Part shown: in pieces, positions 10,305 to 21,600 of the stretch | Layout of the letters: each line of letters begins with the position of its first letter | Numbering within the stretch: the first letter of the stretch is position 1 | Assembly: GCA_964540625.1 (NCBI GenBank) | Contig: CAZINO010000001.1 | Location: 3,448 to 67,447, forward strand | From: an uncultured Lishizhenia sp. | GTDB taxonomy: Bacteria > Bacteroidota > Bacteroidia > Flavobacteriales_D > Crocinitomicaceae | DNA: 64,000 nucleotides | Direction: 5' to 3' | Program-made: the position numbers and the translations under genes | The notes under the pieces: model-generated | Seen by the model: only the letters and a program-made list of their open reading frames with translations | The model's database searches: none | Told to the model about the DNA's origin: nothing

Positions 10305-10698
10305 AAAGTTTTACGGATTTATGACCTTTAAGGTCATAGGTTACCCACTCACCTACCATTTGGTCATTTTGATATTGACCATAATAGTGGATGCTGCCGT
10401 TTGGATATTTGACTACTGAATGTCCGTTTTTCTTACCTGCTTGGTAAAATGTAAAAGAGAGCAGCGTGCCTTTTTCGCTATAAAAATTCCATTTTCCTTC
10501 TCTGTCACCCTTTTTGTTGAGTGCACCTTGGTATTTAACCTGTTTTTTACCAGGATACCACTCTGTGTATTGGCCGTCTTTGATTTCAACAAGTTTTTCT
10601 GGGGCTTTTTCTTTTTGAGGTTTTGCGGAAGGCTCGTTGGAACAAGCGTTCAGCCCGATAAGTGCAATAATTAATAAGAGGTGTAAAAAGCGTTTCAT
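10297..10698 (-). CDS. MORN-repeat (YwqK-like) lipoprotein
   Basis: Lipobox LNAC, then repeated G-x-W/Y-x-x-Y-Y/F-x-x-G units (GKWNFYSEKG, GHSVVKYPNG, GEWVTYDLKG). Confidence 0.6.
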   Translation of the reverse strand: MKRFLHLLLIIALIGLNACSNEPSAKPQKEKAPEKLVEIKDGQYTEWYPGKKQVKYQGALNKKGDREGKWNFYSEKGTLLSFTFYQAGKKNGHSVVKYPNGSIHYYGQYQNDQMVGEWVTYDLKGHKSVKLYE

Positions 10699-10702
10699 GG
10701 TG

Positions 10703-11674
10703 TTATTTTTCTCGGTTCATTGTATAGGCTACTAGACCTATTAACGAAGATTTTGCCAGGCTATCGGGGTAAATATCTAAAATGGCCAATGCTTCGGATG
10801 CCAATGCCTCCATGCGCTGCTGGGCATATCGAACACCGCCAGAGGCCCAAACTAAGTCTATGGCACGCGCCACCTTATGGCTGACGTCGTATTCATTTTT
10901 AATAATGTACCTTAGTTCTTTTTGTACCGCAGGCGCCGCCTTTTGCAAAGCATATATGAGTGGCAACGTGAGTTTTTGTTCGCGGATATCAATGCCGGTT
11001 GGCTTGCCGATGTGTTCTCCTGATCCGTAATCAAAGATGTCATCTTTGATTTGAAAAGCAAGTCCGATTAACTCGCCGAATTTTCGCATCGAGGCGCGGT
11101 GTTCTTGTGCACCAACGCTTAGTGCACCTGCTTCACAGCAGGTGGCGATTAATGATGCTGTTTTCTTTCGGATAACTTCGTAGTAAACCTCTTCAGTGAT
11201 ATCTAAGTGGCGCGCTTTTTCAATTTGAAGTAATTCACCCTCGGACATTTCTTGCACCGCGCGGGCAACAATTTCGAGTAAGTCTAGATTTCGCTTTTCT
11301 ATGGAAAGGAGTAATATTCTAGAGAGCATATAGTCGCCGACCAGCACAGCAATTTTGTTTTTCCAAAGAGCGTTGACTGAGAAAAAACCCCTGCGCTCGG
11401 CTGCATCATCGACGACGTCGTCGTGAACGAGTGTTGCGGTATGCAAAAGCTCTACAAGCGTTGTGGCATCGAAGGTGGTTGGATTGACTTGACCCAACAT
11501 TTTGGCACACAAAAAAACAAACATTGGGCGCATTTGCTTGCCTTTGCGCTTGACAATGTAGCTGGTGACTTTGTCTAGCAATGCGACGTCGGCACGCATA
11601 GCGTTTTGAAAATGGATTTCAAAATCGATTAATTCTTGTTGAATTGGTGCGGTGATGTCGTCGAGGCGCTGCAT
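10703..11674 (-). CDS. Polyprenyl diphosphate synthase (IspB-like)
   Basis: First and second Asp-rich motifs LVHDDVVDD and FQIKDDIFD. 323 aa. Confidence 0.88.
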   Translation of the reverse strand: MQRLDDITAPIQQELIDFEIHFQNAMRADVALLDKVTSYIVKRKGKQMRPMFVFLCAKMLGQVNPTTFDATTLVELLHTATLVHDDVVDDAAERRGFFSVNALWKNKIAVLVGDYMLSRILLLSIEKRNLDLLEIVARAVQEMSEGELLQIEKARHLDITEEVYYEVIRKKTASLIATCCEAGALSVGAQEHRASMRKFGELIGLAFQIKDDIFDYGSGEHIGKPTGIDIREQKLTLPLIYALQKAAPAVQKELRYIIKNEYDVSHKVARAIDLVWASGGVRYAQQRMEALASEALAILDIYPDSLAKSSLIGLVAYTMNREK

Positions 11675-11685
11675 CTAACAAATAT

Positions 11686-11719
11686 ACGAAAAGCCTTGGC
11701 CTAATAAAAGACCAAGGCC
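11686..11719 (-). terminator. Possible intrinsic terminator after carB
   Basis: Stem gccttgg (11693-11699) pairs with ccaaggc (11712-11718) around a 12-nt loop. On the minus-strand RNA it is followed by UUUUCGUAUAUUU. Confidence 0.4.
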
Positions 11720-11725
11720 CGAAAC

Positions 11726-14542
11726 TTAACGCGAAAGGTGCATATTTCGCTCCGCGTAAATTTTGGTAAAGAACGGATCTTTTAAATCTTTGATAAAGCG
11801 AATGGCTTCACCGGTAGATTTCATCTCTGGACCCAACTCTTTTTTAACATCTGGAAATTTCTCGTATGAGAATACAGGTATTTTAATGGCGTAACCTTCT
11901 TTACGTGGTTTAAAGTCAAAATCGGTGACTTTGTTGTGACCAAGCATGACTTTTGTTGCGTAGTTCACGTAGGGCTCGTCGTAGGCTTTGGCTATAAAAG
12001 GCACAGTGCGCGATGCACGTGGGTTTGCTTCAATAACGTAGACTTTGTCATCTTTGATGGCAAATTGGATATTGAGCAAGCCAACGGTTCGGAGTTCTAC
12101 GGCAATTTTGCGGGTAATGTCTTCGATTTGCGTCATGACGAAATCGCCGAGATTGTAAGGAGGCAGCACCGCAAAGGAATCCCCGGAGTGTATACCCGCA
12201 GGCTCTATGTGCTGCATGATGCCGATGATGTACACGTTTTCACCATCGCAAATAGCGTCAGCTTCTGCTTCTATGGCACCGCCAAGGAAGTGATCGAGCA
12301 AGATTTGGTTGTTGCCCATTTCGTTGAGGATATCGACAACGTGGTGCTCAAGTTCTTCTTTATTGATGACGATTTTCATTTTTTGACCACCCAATACATA
12401 AGACGGGCGCACCAACAATGGGAATCCGAGGTCTTCTGAGAGTTCAATGGCTTGTTCGGCGCTTTCTACAACTCCATATTTTGGGAATGGCACATTGTTT
12501 TTCTCGAGTAGTTTAGAAAAACGACCGCGGTCCTCGGCTAAGTCAAGGGCTTCGTAAGAAGTGCCTAAAATGGGAATGCCATAGCGTTGTAGTTTTTCTG
12601 CTAGTTTGAGTGCTGTCTGGCCACCCAACTGAACAATAACGCCGATTGGTTTTTCGTGTTGAATGATATCGTAGATGTGTTCCCAGAATACGGGCTCAAA
12701 ATAGAGTTTGTCTGCTGTATCGAAATCTGTAGAGACTGTCTCGGGATTGCAGTTGATCATGATGGTTTCATAACCGCACTCTTTGGCAGCCAAAACACCG
12801 TGAACGCAAGAATAATCGAACTCGATTCCTTGTCCAATTCGGTTAGGGCCAGAACCCAAGACTACTACTTTCGGGCGCTCGGAGACAGCACTTTCGTTTT
12901 CGTATTCAAATGTTGAATAGTAATAAGGTGTTTGGGCTTCAAATTCTGCAGCGCAGGTATCTACGAGCTTATAGACGCGGTTAATACCAAGTTCTTTGCG
13001 TTTTTGAGATACTTCAGACTCAAGACAACGCAATAAATGGGCAATTTGACGGTCTGCATACCCCTTTTGTTTCGCTTCAAACAAAAGTGCTTCGGGCAAG
13101 TTTTCGAGGTGAAATTTCTCAATTTTGCGCTCGAGTTTAATCAGGTCCTCGATCTGCTTGAGAAACCAGATATCTATTTTTGTTTTTTCGACAATTGTTT
13201 TAAAAGGAATCCCTAGTTTGATGGCATCGTAAATATGGAAAAGACGATTCCAACTTGCGAATTCCAAGGAATGCAAGATTTCATTTTGATTGGTAAGCTC
13301 TTTACCGTCGGCACCAAGGCCATTTCGATTGATCTCTAAGGACTGACAAGCTTTTTGCAACGCTTCTTGGAAGCTGCGTCCGATACCCATGACCTCTCCG
13401 ACGGACTTCATTTGCAAGCCAAGCTGGCGGTTGGTCCCTGGGAATTTATTGAAATTCCAACGTGGAATCTTGACAATAACGTAGTCTAAGGTTGGTTCGA
13501 ATAATGCGGAAGTAGTTTTGGTAATCTGGTTACTGAGTTCGTTGAGGTGGTATCCGATGGCTAGTTTGGATGCAATTTTAGCAATTGGATAACCTGTTGC
13601 TTTGGAAGCCAACGCAGAAGAGCGCGAAACACGCGGGTTGATTTCGATGGCAATGATGTCTTCTTTGTCATCTGGGGAAACGGCAAATTGAACATTACAA
13701 CCACCTGCAAAATTACCGATGGAACGCATCATGTTGATGGCCATGTCTCGCATTTTTTGAAAGGTGGTGTCTGAGAGGGTCATGGCCGGCGCTACCGTAA
13801 TGGAATCTCCGGTGTGAATGCCCATTGGATCGAAGTTTTCTATAGAACAAATGATCACGACGTTGTCGTTGGCATCGCGCAGTAATTCGAGTTCATATTC
13901 TTTCCAACCCAATAGCGCTTTGTCGATCATGACCTCATGGATTGGAGAAAGTTGTAAGCCGCGCTCTAATAAATTATCGAATTCTTTAGGCTCGTGTAGT
14001 ATACTAGCTCCTGAACCCCCGAGGGTATAGGACGGGCGAATACAAAGTGGAAAACCAAATTCTTGAGCGATTTCCTTTCCTTCTAAAAATGATTTAGCCG
14101 TTTTTTGTGGTGCCATTGGCACGCCAATTTGGATCATGAGGTCGCGGAATGCCTCACGGTTTTCAGTGATTTCGATGGCTTTGATATCGACACCGATAAT
14201 GCGTACGTCGTATTTTTCCCAAATTCCCATTTCGTCGCACTGAATACATAAATTCAATGCGGTTTGACCGCCCATGGTTGGCAAAACGGCATCAATTTGG
14301 TGCTTTTCTAAGATCTGAATAATGCTTTCTGGTTCTAGAGGCTGAAGATAGACGTTGTCTGCAACCACTTTGTCGGTCATGATGGTTGCCGGGTTTGAGT
14401 TGATGAGCGTCACCTCAATTCCTTCTTCGCGCAGCGAGCGTGCTGCTTGGGAACCTGAGTAGTCGAATTCACAGGCTTGACCAATGACGATAGGACCACT
14501 ACCAATAATGAGAACGGATTTGATCGAGAGATCTTTTGGCAT
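11726..14542 (-). CDS. carB: Carbamoyl-phosphate synthase large subunit
   Basis: 938 aa with two ATP-grasp halves (IIGSGPIVIGQACEFDYSG and VLGSGPNRIGQGIEFDY) and an MGS-like C-terminus. Confidence 0.95.
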   Translation of the reverse strand: MPKDLSIKSVLIIGSGPIVIGQACEFDYSGSQAARSLREEGIEVTLINSNPATIMTDKVVADNVYLQPLEPESIIQILEKHQIDAVLPTMGGQTALNLCIQCDEMGIWEKYDVRIIGVDIKAIEITENREAFRDLMIQIGVPMAPQKTAKSFLEGKEIAQEFGFPLCIRPSYTLGGSGASILHEPKEFDNLLERGLQLSPIHEVMIDKALLGWKEYELELLRDANDNVVIICSIENFDPMGIHTGDSITVAPAMTLSDTTFQKMRDMAINMMRSIGNFAGGCNVQFAVSPDDKEDIIAIEINPRVSRSSALASKATGYPIAKIASKLAIGYHLNELSNQITKTTSALFEPTLDYVIVKIPRWNFNKFPGTNRQLGLQMKSVGEVMGIGRSFQEALQKACQSLEINRNGLGADGKELTNQNEILHSLEFASWNRLFHIYDAIKLGIPFKTIVEKTKIDIWFLKQIEDLIKLERKIEKFHLENLPEALLFEAKQKGYADRQIAHLLRCLESEVSQKRKELGINRVYKLVDTCAAEFEAQTPYYYSTFEYENESAVSERPKVVVLGSGPNRIGQGIEFDYSCVHGVLAAKECGYETIMINCNPETVSTDFDTADKLYFEPVFWEHIYDIIQHEKPIGVIVQLGGQTALKLAEKLQRYGIPILGTSYEALDLAEDRGRFSKLLEKNNVPFPKYGVVESAEQAIELSEDLGFPLLVRPSYVLGGQKMKIVINKEELEHHVVDILNEMGNNQILLDHFLGGAIEAEADAICDGENVYIIGIMQHIEPAGIHSGDSFAVLPPYNLGDFVMTQIEDITRKIAVELRTVGLLNIQFAIKDDKVYVIEANPRASRTVPFIAKAYDEPYVNYATKVMLGHNKVTDFDFKPRKEGYAIKIPVFSYEKFPDVKKELGPEMKSTGEAIRFIKDLKDPFFTKIYAERNMHLSR

Positions 14543-14682
14543 AGGAGCTTCAATTTACAAGTTTCTTTGAAGCGAAACCTTCGCTGCAAATTGAGCACAA
14601 ATTTAAGTTAAATTCGGTCGAGAGCGCCATTTTTTGGAGATTGTTTTTGAACAAATCGCGGCCAAAATGTTAATAGAAGCGA

Positions 14683-15465
14683 TTAAGCGCTGTGTTTAGA
14701 GATAAATTGCAGCGCAAGATCGTTGAAGGTTTCTGCTTGTTCAAAATTAACGACGTGCCCGCATTGTGGTACGACGCTTAATTCAGAGGCATAATCTTGA
14801 TGGATCAATAAACGGACCGGATTGAGAAACATATGGTCTTGTTCGCCCATCACATACAGAGTAGGAATGGTTTCGGGCGCGGCATTGATGTTTGTCAGGT
14901 AAGCGGTTAACCTTGCTGTAAGTTTAAACCAACGCTGGAATTCTTTGTCAACAATTTTCTTAGCCTCATTGACAAAGAGGTGGCGAGAGGCCTTGTGATT
15001 TGCGCGAGGCATCATGATGCGTGCCATTAGTTTGTACAATGACATTTGGGGCAAAATACTGTATAGAATTCTACCCGCCCTTAGGATAAGTCTAGAACGA
15101 ATGTTGAGCTTGGTTACCGCCCCCGCAAAGATCATGCTTTTGACTAAATCTGGTCTTTGGGCCCTGAGTGCTTTAATAACTATTGAACCCAAGGAGACGC
15201 CAACAAAATGCGCTTTACGAATGCCTTTTTGATCGAGTAATTCAATGACGTCCGAGGCAATAAGTTCGAAGGAATAATTTTTGGTTTGAGAGCGATCTAG
15301 TTTTTGACTTTTGCCGTGCCCTCGCAAATCTAGGACGAGGACATTGTGCTTTTCACAAAAATCTTTAAGCTGTTTGTGCCATATGGACGAGCTGCCTCCT
15401 GCCCCATGCACAAAAACAACCCATTCGGTGTTTTCTCGGTGAATAAAGGACTTGGAATAGAGCAT
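14683..15465 (-). CDS. Alpha/beta hydrolase
   Basis: HGAGGSS oxyanion region, nucleophile elbow GVSLGS, C-terminal GH. Start set at ATG 15465 (MLYSKSF) so that it does not overlap the dnaK terminator. Confidence 0.8.
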   Translation of the reverse strand: MLYSKSFIHRENTEWVVFVHGAGGSSSIWHKQLKDFCEKHNVLVLDLRGHGKSQKLDRSQTKNYSFELIASDVIELLDQKGIRKAHFVGVSLGSIVIKALRAQRPDLVKSMIFAGAVTKLNIRSRLILRAGRILYSILPQMSLYKLMARIMMPRANHKASRHLFVNEAKKIVDKEFQRWFKLTARLTAYLTNINAAPETIPTLYVMGEQDHMFLNPVRLLIHQDYASELSVVPQCGHVVNFEQAETFNDLALQFISKHSA

Positions 15466-15468
15466 TGG

Positions 15469-15476
15469 CAAATATA
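15469..15476 (-). promoter_or_regulatory. Perfect -7 box TATATTTG directly upstream of the hydrolase ATG
   Basis: The reverse complement of caaatata (15469-15476) is TATATTTG. It lies 3 nt from ATG 15465, implying a leaderless or near-leaderless mRNA. Confidence 0.4.
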
Positions 15477-15505
15477 AAAAAAACACCCGTCGAGAGGACG
15501 GGTGT
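15474..15505 (-). terminator. Intrinsic terminator of dnaK
   Basis: 9-bp stem acacccgtc (15483-15491) / gacgggtgt (15497-15505) with loop gagag. On the minus-strand RNA it is followed by a U run (A-run 15476-15482). Confidence 0.8.
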
Positions 15506-15532
15506 TTAGTAATTATTGAAAGAAACTGTTCT

Positions 15533-17434
15533 TTATTTGTCTTTCACTTCTTCGAAGTCGACATCGGTGACTTCGTCTTGTGGTGAACCCGCTGCTTGCT
15601 CTGCTCCAGCCTCAGCACCGCCACCTTGGGCATTTGCTGCGTTGTACATGTCCTGAGAAGCGGCACTAAATACTTCGTTTAATTTGTCCATTGCTGGCTG
15701 AAGATTGGCCATATTTTTGGCATCAAACTCTGTTTTAAGTGCGGCCAAGGCATCTTCGATTGGCTGTTTTTTATCGGCAGGGATTTTGTCGCCGTATTCT
15801 TTGAGTTGACGCTCTGTTTGGAAGATCAATGAATCAGCTTTATTGACTAACTCGGCTTCTTCGCGACGCTTGTTATCGGCCTCTGCATTGGCTTCTGCCT
15901 CAGCTTTCATGCGTTGGATTTCTTCATCAGATAAACCACTTGAAGCCTCAATTTTGATTGATTGCTGCTTGCCAGTTCCTTTATCTTTAGCAGAAATGTT
16001 CATGATTCCGTTGGCATCGATATCGAAAGTCACCTCAATTTGCGGTACACCGCGCTGTGCAGGTGGAATGTCGGTTAACTGAAAACGACCAAGTGTTTTG
16101 TTGTCGTTGGCCATGGCGCGTTCACCTTGCAATACATGGATTTCAACTGATGGCTGGTTGTCGGCAGCCGTTGAGAACACCTCAGATTTCTTAGTTGGAA
16201 TCGTGGTATTGGCGTCAATAAGTTTGGTGAAGACGCCACCCATAGTTTCGATACCAAGTGAGAGAGGAATGACATCCAAAAGCAATACATCTTTGACTTC
16301 TCCGGTAAGTACGCCACCTTGAATAGCTGCACCAACGGCAACAACTTCATCTGGATTTACACCTTTTGAAGGTGCTTTTCCAAAGAAACGCTCAACGGCT
16401 TCTTGGATCACAGGAATTCGGGTTGAACCACCAACAAGGATAACCTCATCGATGTCTGAAGGCTGAAGACCTGCATTTTGAAGTGCAGAGCGGCAAGGCG
16501 CAATGGTGCGTTCAACAATACTCGAGATGAGCTGCTCAAACTTGGCGCGTTGTAAGGTGCGCACAAGGTGCTTTGGAATGCCATTTACTGGCATAATGTA
16601 TGGCAAGTTGATCTCGGTTGTAGTTGTAGACGACAACTCGATTTTTGCTTTTTCAGCGGCTTCTTTTAGACGTTGTAGTGCCATTGGGTCTTGACGAAGA
16701 TCAAGGCCTTCTTCGGCTTTGAACTCTTCTGCCAACCAGGTGATGATGGCTTCATCGACGTCGTCTCCACCAAGGTGGGTATCACCGTCGGTAGATAAAA
16801 CTTCAAATACGCCGTCTCCTAATTCGAGAACAGAAACGTCGTGGGTACCACCCCCAAAGTCAAAAACAACGATTTTTTGATCTACACCTTTTTTGTCAAG
16901 TCCATAGGCAAGCGCCGCAGCTGTAGGTTCGTTGATGATGCGCTTAATGGTAAGACCTGCTATTTCACCGGCTTCTTTGGTTGCCTGGCGCTGTGCGTCA
17001 TTAAAATATGCCGGAACTGTTACAACTGCTTCTGTAACCTCTTGTCCGAGGTAATCTTCTGCTGTCTTCTTCATTTTTTGAAGAATCATGGCAGAAATTT
17101 CTTGTGGAGAGTAAAGGCGGTCGTCGATCTGAACACGCGGTGTGTTGTTGTCTCCTTTTACGACTGCATATGGCATACGTGAAACTTCTTTGGCAGACTC
17201 GTCAAAGCTAGAGCCCATGAAGCGCTTAATTGATGAAATGGTCTTGGTTGGATTGGTGATCGCTTGTCTTTTGGCAGGATCGCCAACTTTGCGCTCGCCA
17301 CCTTCTACGAATGCAACAACTGAAGGCGTGGTTCGCTTTCCTTCTGCATTGGCAATAACTACTGGCTCATTGCCTTCCATGACCGAAACACATGAGTTTG
17401 TGGTTCCGAGGTCGATTCCGATTATTTTTCCCAT
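15533..17434 (-). CDS. dnaK: Molecular chaperone DnaK (Hsp70)
   Basis: [33 protein letters not shown]. 633 aa. Confidence 0.97.
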   Translation of the reverse strand: MGKIIGIDLGTTNSCVSVMEGNEPVVIANAEGKRTTPSVVAFVEGGERKVGDPAKRQAITNPTKTISSIKRFMGSSFDESAKEVSRMPYAVVKGDNNTPRVQIDDRLYSPQEISAMILQKMKKTAEDYLGQEVTEAVVTVPAYFNDAQRQATKEAGEIAGLTIKRIINEPTAAALAYGLDKKGVDQKIVVFDFGGGTHDVSVLELGDGVFEVLSTDGDTHLGGDDVDEAIITWLAEEFKAEEGLDLRQDPMALQRLKEAAEKAKIELSSTTTTEINLPYIMPVNGIPKHLVRTLQRAKFEQLISSIVERTIAPCRSALQNAGLQPSDIDEVILVGGSTRIPVIQEAVERFFGKAPSKGVNPDEVVAVGAAIQGGVLTGEVKDVLLLDVIPLSLGIETMGGVFTKLIDANTTIPTKKSEVFSTAADNQPSVEIHVLQGERAMANDNKTLGRFQLTDIPPAQRGVPQIEVTFDIDANGIMNISAKDKGTGKQQSIKIEASSGLSDEEIQRMKAEAEANAEADNKRREEAELVNKADSLIFQTERQLKEYGDKIPADKKQPIEDALAALKTEFDAKNMANLQPAMDKLNEVFSAASQDMYNAANAQGGGAEAGAEQAAGSPQDEVTDVDFEEVKDK

Positions 17435-17597
17435 TTGAATTTAAATTTTGATGTTTCTCGAAGGTCAATGATTGTGCCAGCTCAAAAAAACACAACTTTC
17501 CTGACATTTTGAGTAAGTCAAGCACTGAACAAATGTCTTTTTGTCAGTATTGCTGACATAAGTAACAAATGTTACGCATGAATGCCTCAAAAGCGCG

Positions 17598-17605
17598 TAA
17601 CTTTG
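17598..17605 (+). promoter_or_regulatory. -7 box TAACTTTG upstream of the DUF983 gene
   Basis: TAnnTTTG match, 28 nt upstream of ATG 17634. Confidence 0.4.
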
Positions 17606-17633
17606 GTTTATGATTTTAGGAAAAGGAACAAAA

Positions 17634-17999
17634 ATGTATAGCATTGCCAAAATCAAATGTCCGCAATGCCACGAAGGTCAGTTTTTAGTATCGCACCCCT
17701 ACGACCTCAAAAATCTTGGTGATGTCCGAACCGAATGCAATGTCTGTCAGCTAAAATACGAGCGTGAGCCTGGCTTTTTTTATGGCGCCATGTACGTTTC
17801 GTATGCATTAGGCGTCGCGCTTTTTGTCACCATTTGGACTTCATGTAATTTGTGGTTTCCTTGGCTCTCAGCCTGGAGTCAAATCGGGCTAGTTGTGTTT
17901 TTTACAATTGTGCTGTCGCCTTATCTTTTTGCACTTTCAAAAATCATTTGGGCCAATTTCTTCATTACTTTCGACCCCAATGCAAGCCAAAGAAAGTAA
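17634..17999 (+). CDS. DUF983 domain-containing membrane protein
   Basis: CPQCHEG...CNVCQL zinc-ribbon pair followed by two TM helices (FFYGAMYVSYALGVALFV). Start at ATG 17634 (MYSIAKIK). Confidence 0.65.
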   Translation: MYSIAKIKCPQCHEGQFLVSHPYDLKNLGDVRTECNVCQLKYEREPGFFYGAMYVSYALGVALFVTIWTSCNLWFPWLSAWSQIGLVVFFTIVLSPYLFALSKIIWANFFITFDPNASQRK

Positions 18000-18006
18000 A
18001 TTAAAA

Positions 18007-18630
18007 ATGCTCCAAGACCATTTAGGTTATGTTTTGGAGGACGCCTTACTTAATGAAATGGCAGCAGTTGCCAAATTAAGGGAGACGGCAACAGACGAAA
18101 TCATTGTCCACGTTGGAGATCACCTTCAAATGATTCCAATCGTTATAGAAGGTTCGATTAAAATTTCCCGGGAAAAGGAAGATGGCGAAGAAATACTCTT
18201 GTATTACATCGAAGGCGGTGATACCTGCGCGATGTCTTTGCAATGCTGCACACGTAAAATCGATTCTCAAATCAAGGCCACCTCTATGGAGCCTTCACTC
18301 TTATTGATGTTTCCGAGCGAATACATGGAGCGTTGGTTAGATCAATACAAAACGTGGAGACAATTCATCATGGATAGCTACCACACCCGCATGCTCGAAT
18401 TGATGGAGTCTATTGATGCCATTGCTTTTATGAACCTAGATCAGCGCTTGCTCAAATATCTATCGGACCAAGCAAAAATTCTAGGAAGTCTCGAAATTCA
18501 CCTCACGCACCAGCAAGTTGCCGACGATTTACACTCCTCTAGAGTCGTTATTTCAAGGCTGCTCAAGCAACTAGAGACCAAAGGCGAAATCAAATTGGCG
18601 CGCAACAAAATTATCCTTCGCAATTTTTAA
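18007..18630 (+). CDS. Crp/Fnr family transcriptional regulator
   Basis: cNMP-binding-like barrel (IIVHVGDHLQMIPIVIEGSIKISREKEDGEEILLYYIEGGDTCAMS) plus a C-terminal HTH (THQQVADDLHSSRVVISRLLKQLE). The start is ambiguous between ATG 17980 and ATG 18007. Confidence 0.8.
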   Translation: MLQDHLGYVLEDALLNEMAAVAKLRETATDEIIVHVGDHLQMIPIVIEGSIKISREKEDGEEILLYYIEGGDTCAMSLQCCTRKIDSQIKATSMEPSLLLMFPSEYMERWLDQYKTWRQFIMDSYHTRMLELMESIDAIAFMNLDQRLLKYLSDQAKILGSLEIHLTHQQVADDLHSSRVVISRLLKQLETKGEIKLARNKIILRNF

Positions 18631-18687
18631 ACTTTTCTAATAATAATTTGTTAACTTGTGGCTCATTAACCACAAAAACAAGCTATT

Positions 18688-21600
18688 ATGAAAAAAACTT
18701 TACACTTCTTGTATGCGCTCATTGCGCTTACGGTGGGGTGGCAGGCCAATGCACAGGGTCTAACTTGTGCCACTGCTTTGCCAGTAACCCCCGGAACTTT
18801 TACGGCCACTACTTTGGTAGGCACGCCATCCACACCAGGATTAAACGGTAATGGTGCTCCTCTGACAGCTGGTTGGTACGCATTCACACCTACATCAAAC
18901 GGCATACTCAATATCAACTCTTGTGGAGGTGGTGCAGATACCCGACTTTGGATTTGGTCTGGAAGCTGTGCGACCCTAGCTCCAGTGGCAAACAATGACG
19001 ACTTTGCAGGTTGTATTTCAACAGGCACCACTGCCTATGCATCCAAAATTGAAAATGTCATTTTAATGGCCGGCACCACCTACTATTTTGAATGGGACAA
19101 CCAATGGGAGGCAACTGGTTTTACTTGGAGCTTTACATTTGCGGCACTTCCGGCCAACAACGATGCCGGAATTACTTTTGTAACCAATAGAAACACGCGT
19201 ATTCCGATTACACAAGCAAGTTATGGAATTCCACTAGGTGCAACTGTTAAAAATTTCAGTGGTGCTTCACTCACAAATGTGGTATTAACAACAGAAATAT
19301 ACGAATTACCCAATACCACTACCCCTATTCAGACCTATGCAAGTACGCCAGTAACCCTTGGGATTGGTGCTGAACAAGTACTTACTTCCGGAACATGGGC
19401 GCCAGTCTTAACCTCGTCTAAGTCTTATTTGATTAAATATATCAAGACCCAGACCCAAATTGATGGCGTAACCAGCAATGACCAAACAACCCAAAACCTA
19501 ACCCTAGACTACAATTACACTGCCCGCGACAACAACGTATTCCAAGTCGCATACAACTGGTCTTCTACCTTAGAATATACCCAAGGTGTTGTACATACTG
19601 TTTACGGAGCCGATAACATGACTGGCGCTGCTTACTACATTCAATCATCCTCAACCACGCAGGTTTATAACGTTCAGGTTTTTCAGGTAACAAACGGTGT
19701 TGTAGGCACTACACCACTTTACACCTCTGCCAATATCACCGCAAATGGTGCAGGCTGGAAATACCATACTTTTCCTACACCTATTCCAGTAACCGCAGGA
19801 GAGTACCTCATCGCTATCAAGAAAACAGGAACAACATCGTTTCCTGTTGCTGCTGACCTTAACCTCTTTACCCCAGGTAAAAATTTGGTCAGAACGGGAG
19901 CCGCTGGCGCTTGGAACCCTGTTGAGGCCTACGGCGTTAGCCCTGCTTTCATGATCCGCCCGAAATTTGGTCCAGATCCATCTAACGAAATTGCCTTCTT
20001 GAACAACCGAAACCCAGGTGGAGAAAACACCAAAATTCATACGCGTCAATCCTTGACTGGTAATGACTTACAATTCTGGGCTCGGGCAATCAATAACGGT
20101 ACAAGTACGGTAACCGGTGTCACCATGACTGTCACTGTGAAAGACCCTTCAAATGCTGTAGTTTATACCGCAACCAGTACCGCGCAAGACCTCACAGCAG
20201 GACAAATCGACACCTTCACAGTTGCCAACTTTAATGTAACTGCGCTCGGTGCTTACACTATTGACTATGTATTCAACAATACCGGTGACCAAATACCGCA
20301 GAACAACAGTAAAACAACCACCTTTACCCGAACTACAGGAGAAATGTCAAAAACGGTTGGAATTACCGGGTCTCTTGGCGTGAGTTCAACAAGTGCCCCA
20401 GGTGCTACCAACATTGAGTTTGGCAACAATTATACACTCACTCAGAACGACTTCCTTGATTCGGTCATGTTTGTTTTGAACCCGGGTACTCCTGTTGGAT
20501 ATGTAGCAAGTGTGAAAATTTATGGTACAACAGCCAATGCCACTGGTGTAATGGTACCAAATACAACCGCTATTGCGACTACAATTAACTACACAACAAC
20601 GGCAGCAGACAACCTTAATGGTGCGGTAATTAAATTGCCAATTTCAACGGGTACGCTGAATATGGCGCCAGGGACTTATTACTTTGGTGTTTACCAAGCT
20701 GCAGTTGCAACGGGAAATATTCGTTTGGCAACTTCTACAGATTATGCCACTCCAAATACGGTATTCTACCGCTGGACAGGAAGTAATGGTGGCACTTACA
20801 CCACTTCAGCTTACTCTTTTGTGGTGAATCCTATTTTCAAGTCATGTGTAGCCTACAACCAAACGGTAAGCACAACAGCGGCTTCATGCGGAGCGAATGA
20901 CGGCGGTGCAAGCATAACCACAACTGGTGGTACAGGCACAGTCAATTTCTTGTGGTCAACCGGAGCGACAACCAACTCCATTTCTGGCGTAAGTGCAGGT
21001 CAGTACCCATGTATTTTAACAGATATCAATGGTTGTCCAGCAACTGTTAGTGTTATCGTGCCTAGCTTGTCTAACCTCACGGTAGCACCAACCACACAAA
21101 ACATTACATGTGGCGGTCAAGCAACCGGCTCAATCGCGTTAGCGGCAAGTTCAGGTATAGAGCCTTACACTTACAACTGGGCCAATAACCAAGGTACTAC
21201 AGCCTCACTATCTAACTTACCAGCTGGTACATACGAGTGTACTGTCACTGATGCAACGGGCTGTGTTGTCATCGTATCGAGCACACTTACAGAACTTTCA
21301 AATCTAACTGCTGTAGCGAATGGCACAGACGTGCTATGTAACAGCAGCCAAACCGGCAACTTAGAAATCAGCGCATCAAACGGTGTTAGCCCTTACACTT
21401 ATCAATGGACCGGCACTAGCAATACAAGTACTTACGTCACTTCAGTGGGTCCAGGCACCTACACTTGCGTTGTAACTGATGGACTTGGCTGTACCGATAC
21501 AGTTGTTACTGTTCTTGCCGTTAGCGATTTAGCAGCAAGCGCAAGCGCATCTAATCCGTTGTGTTATGGAACCAACACTGGTAGCGTGACGGTAGTCGCT

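Noticed and set aside
11936-12439. 167-aa plus-strand ORF inside carB; similar long shadow ORFs at 24389..24892, 45663..46115 and 35195..35647
   Set aside because: Each is antisense to a strongly supported conserved gene (carB, the CotH gene, icd, the nitronate-monooxygenase-like gene), so these are shadow frames.
17465-17480. Sigma-54-like element TGGCAC-N5-TTGA on the minus strand, about 30 nt upstream of dnaK
   Set aside because: The -24 half is perfect, but the invariant GC of the -12 element is GA. dnaK is not a known RpoN target, and no enhancer-binding-protein gene is nearby. Most likely chance.
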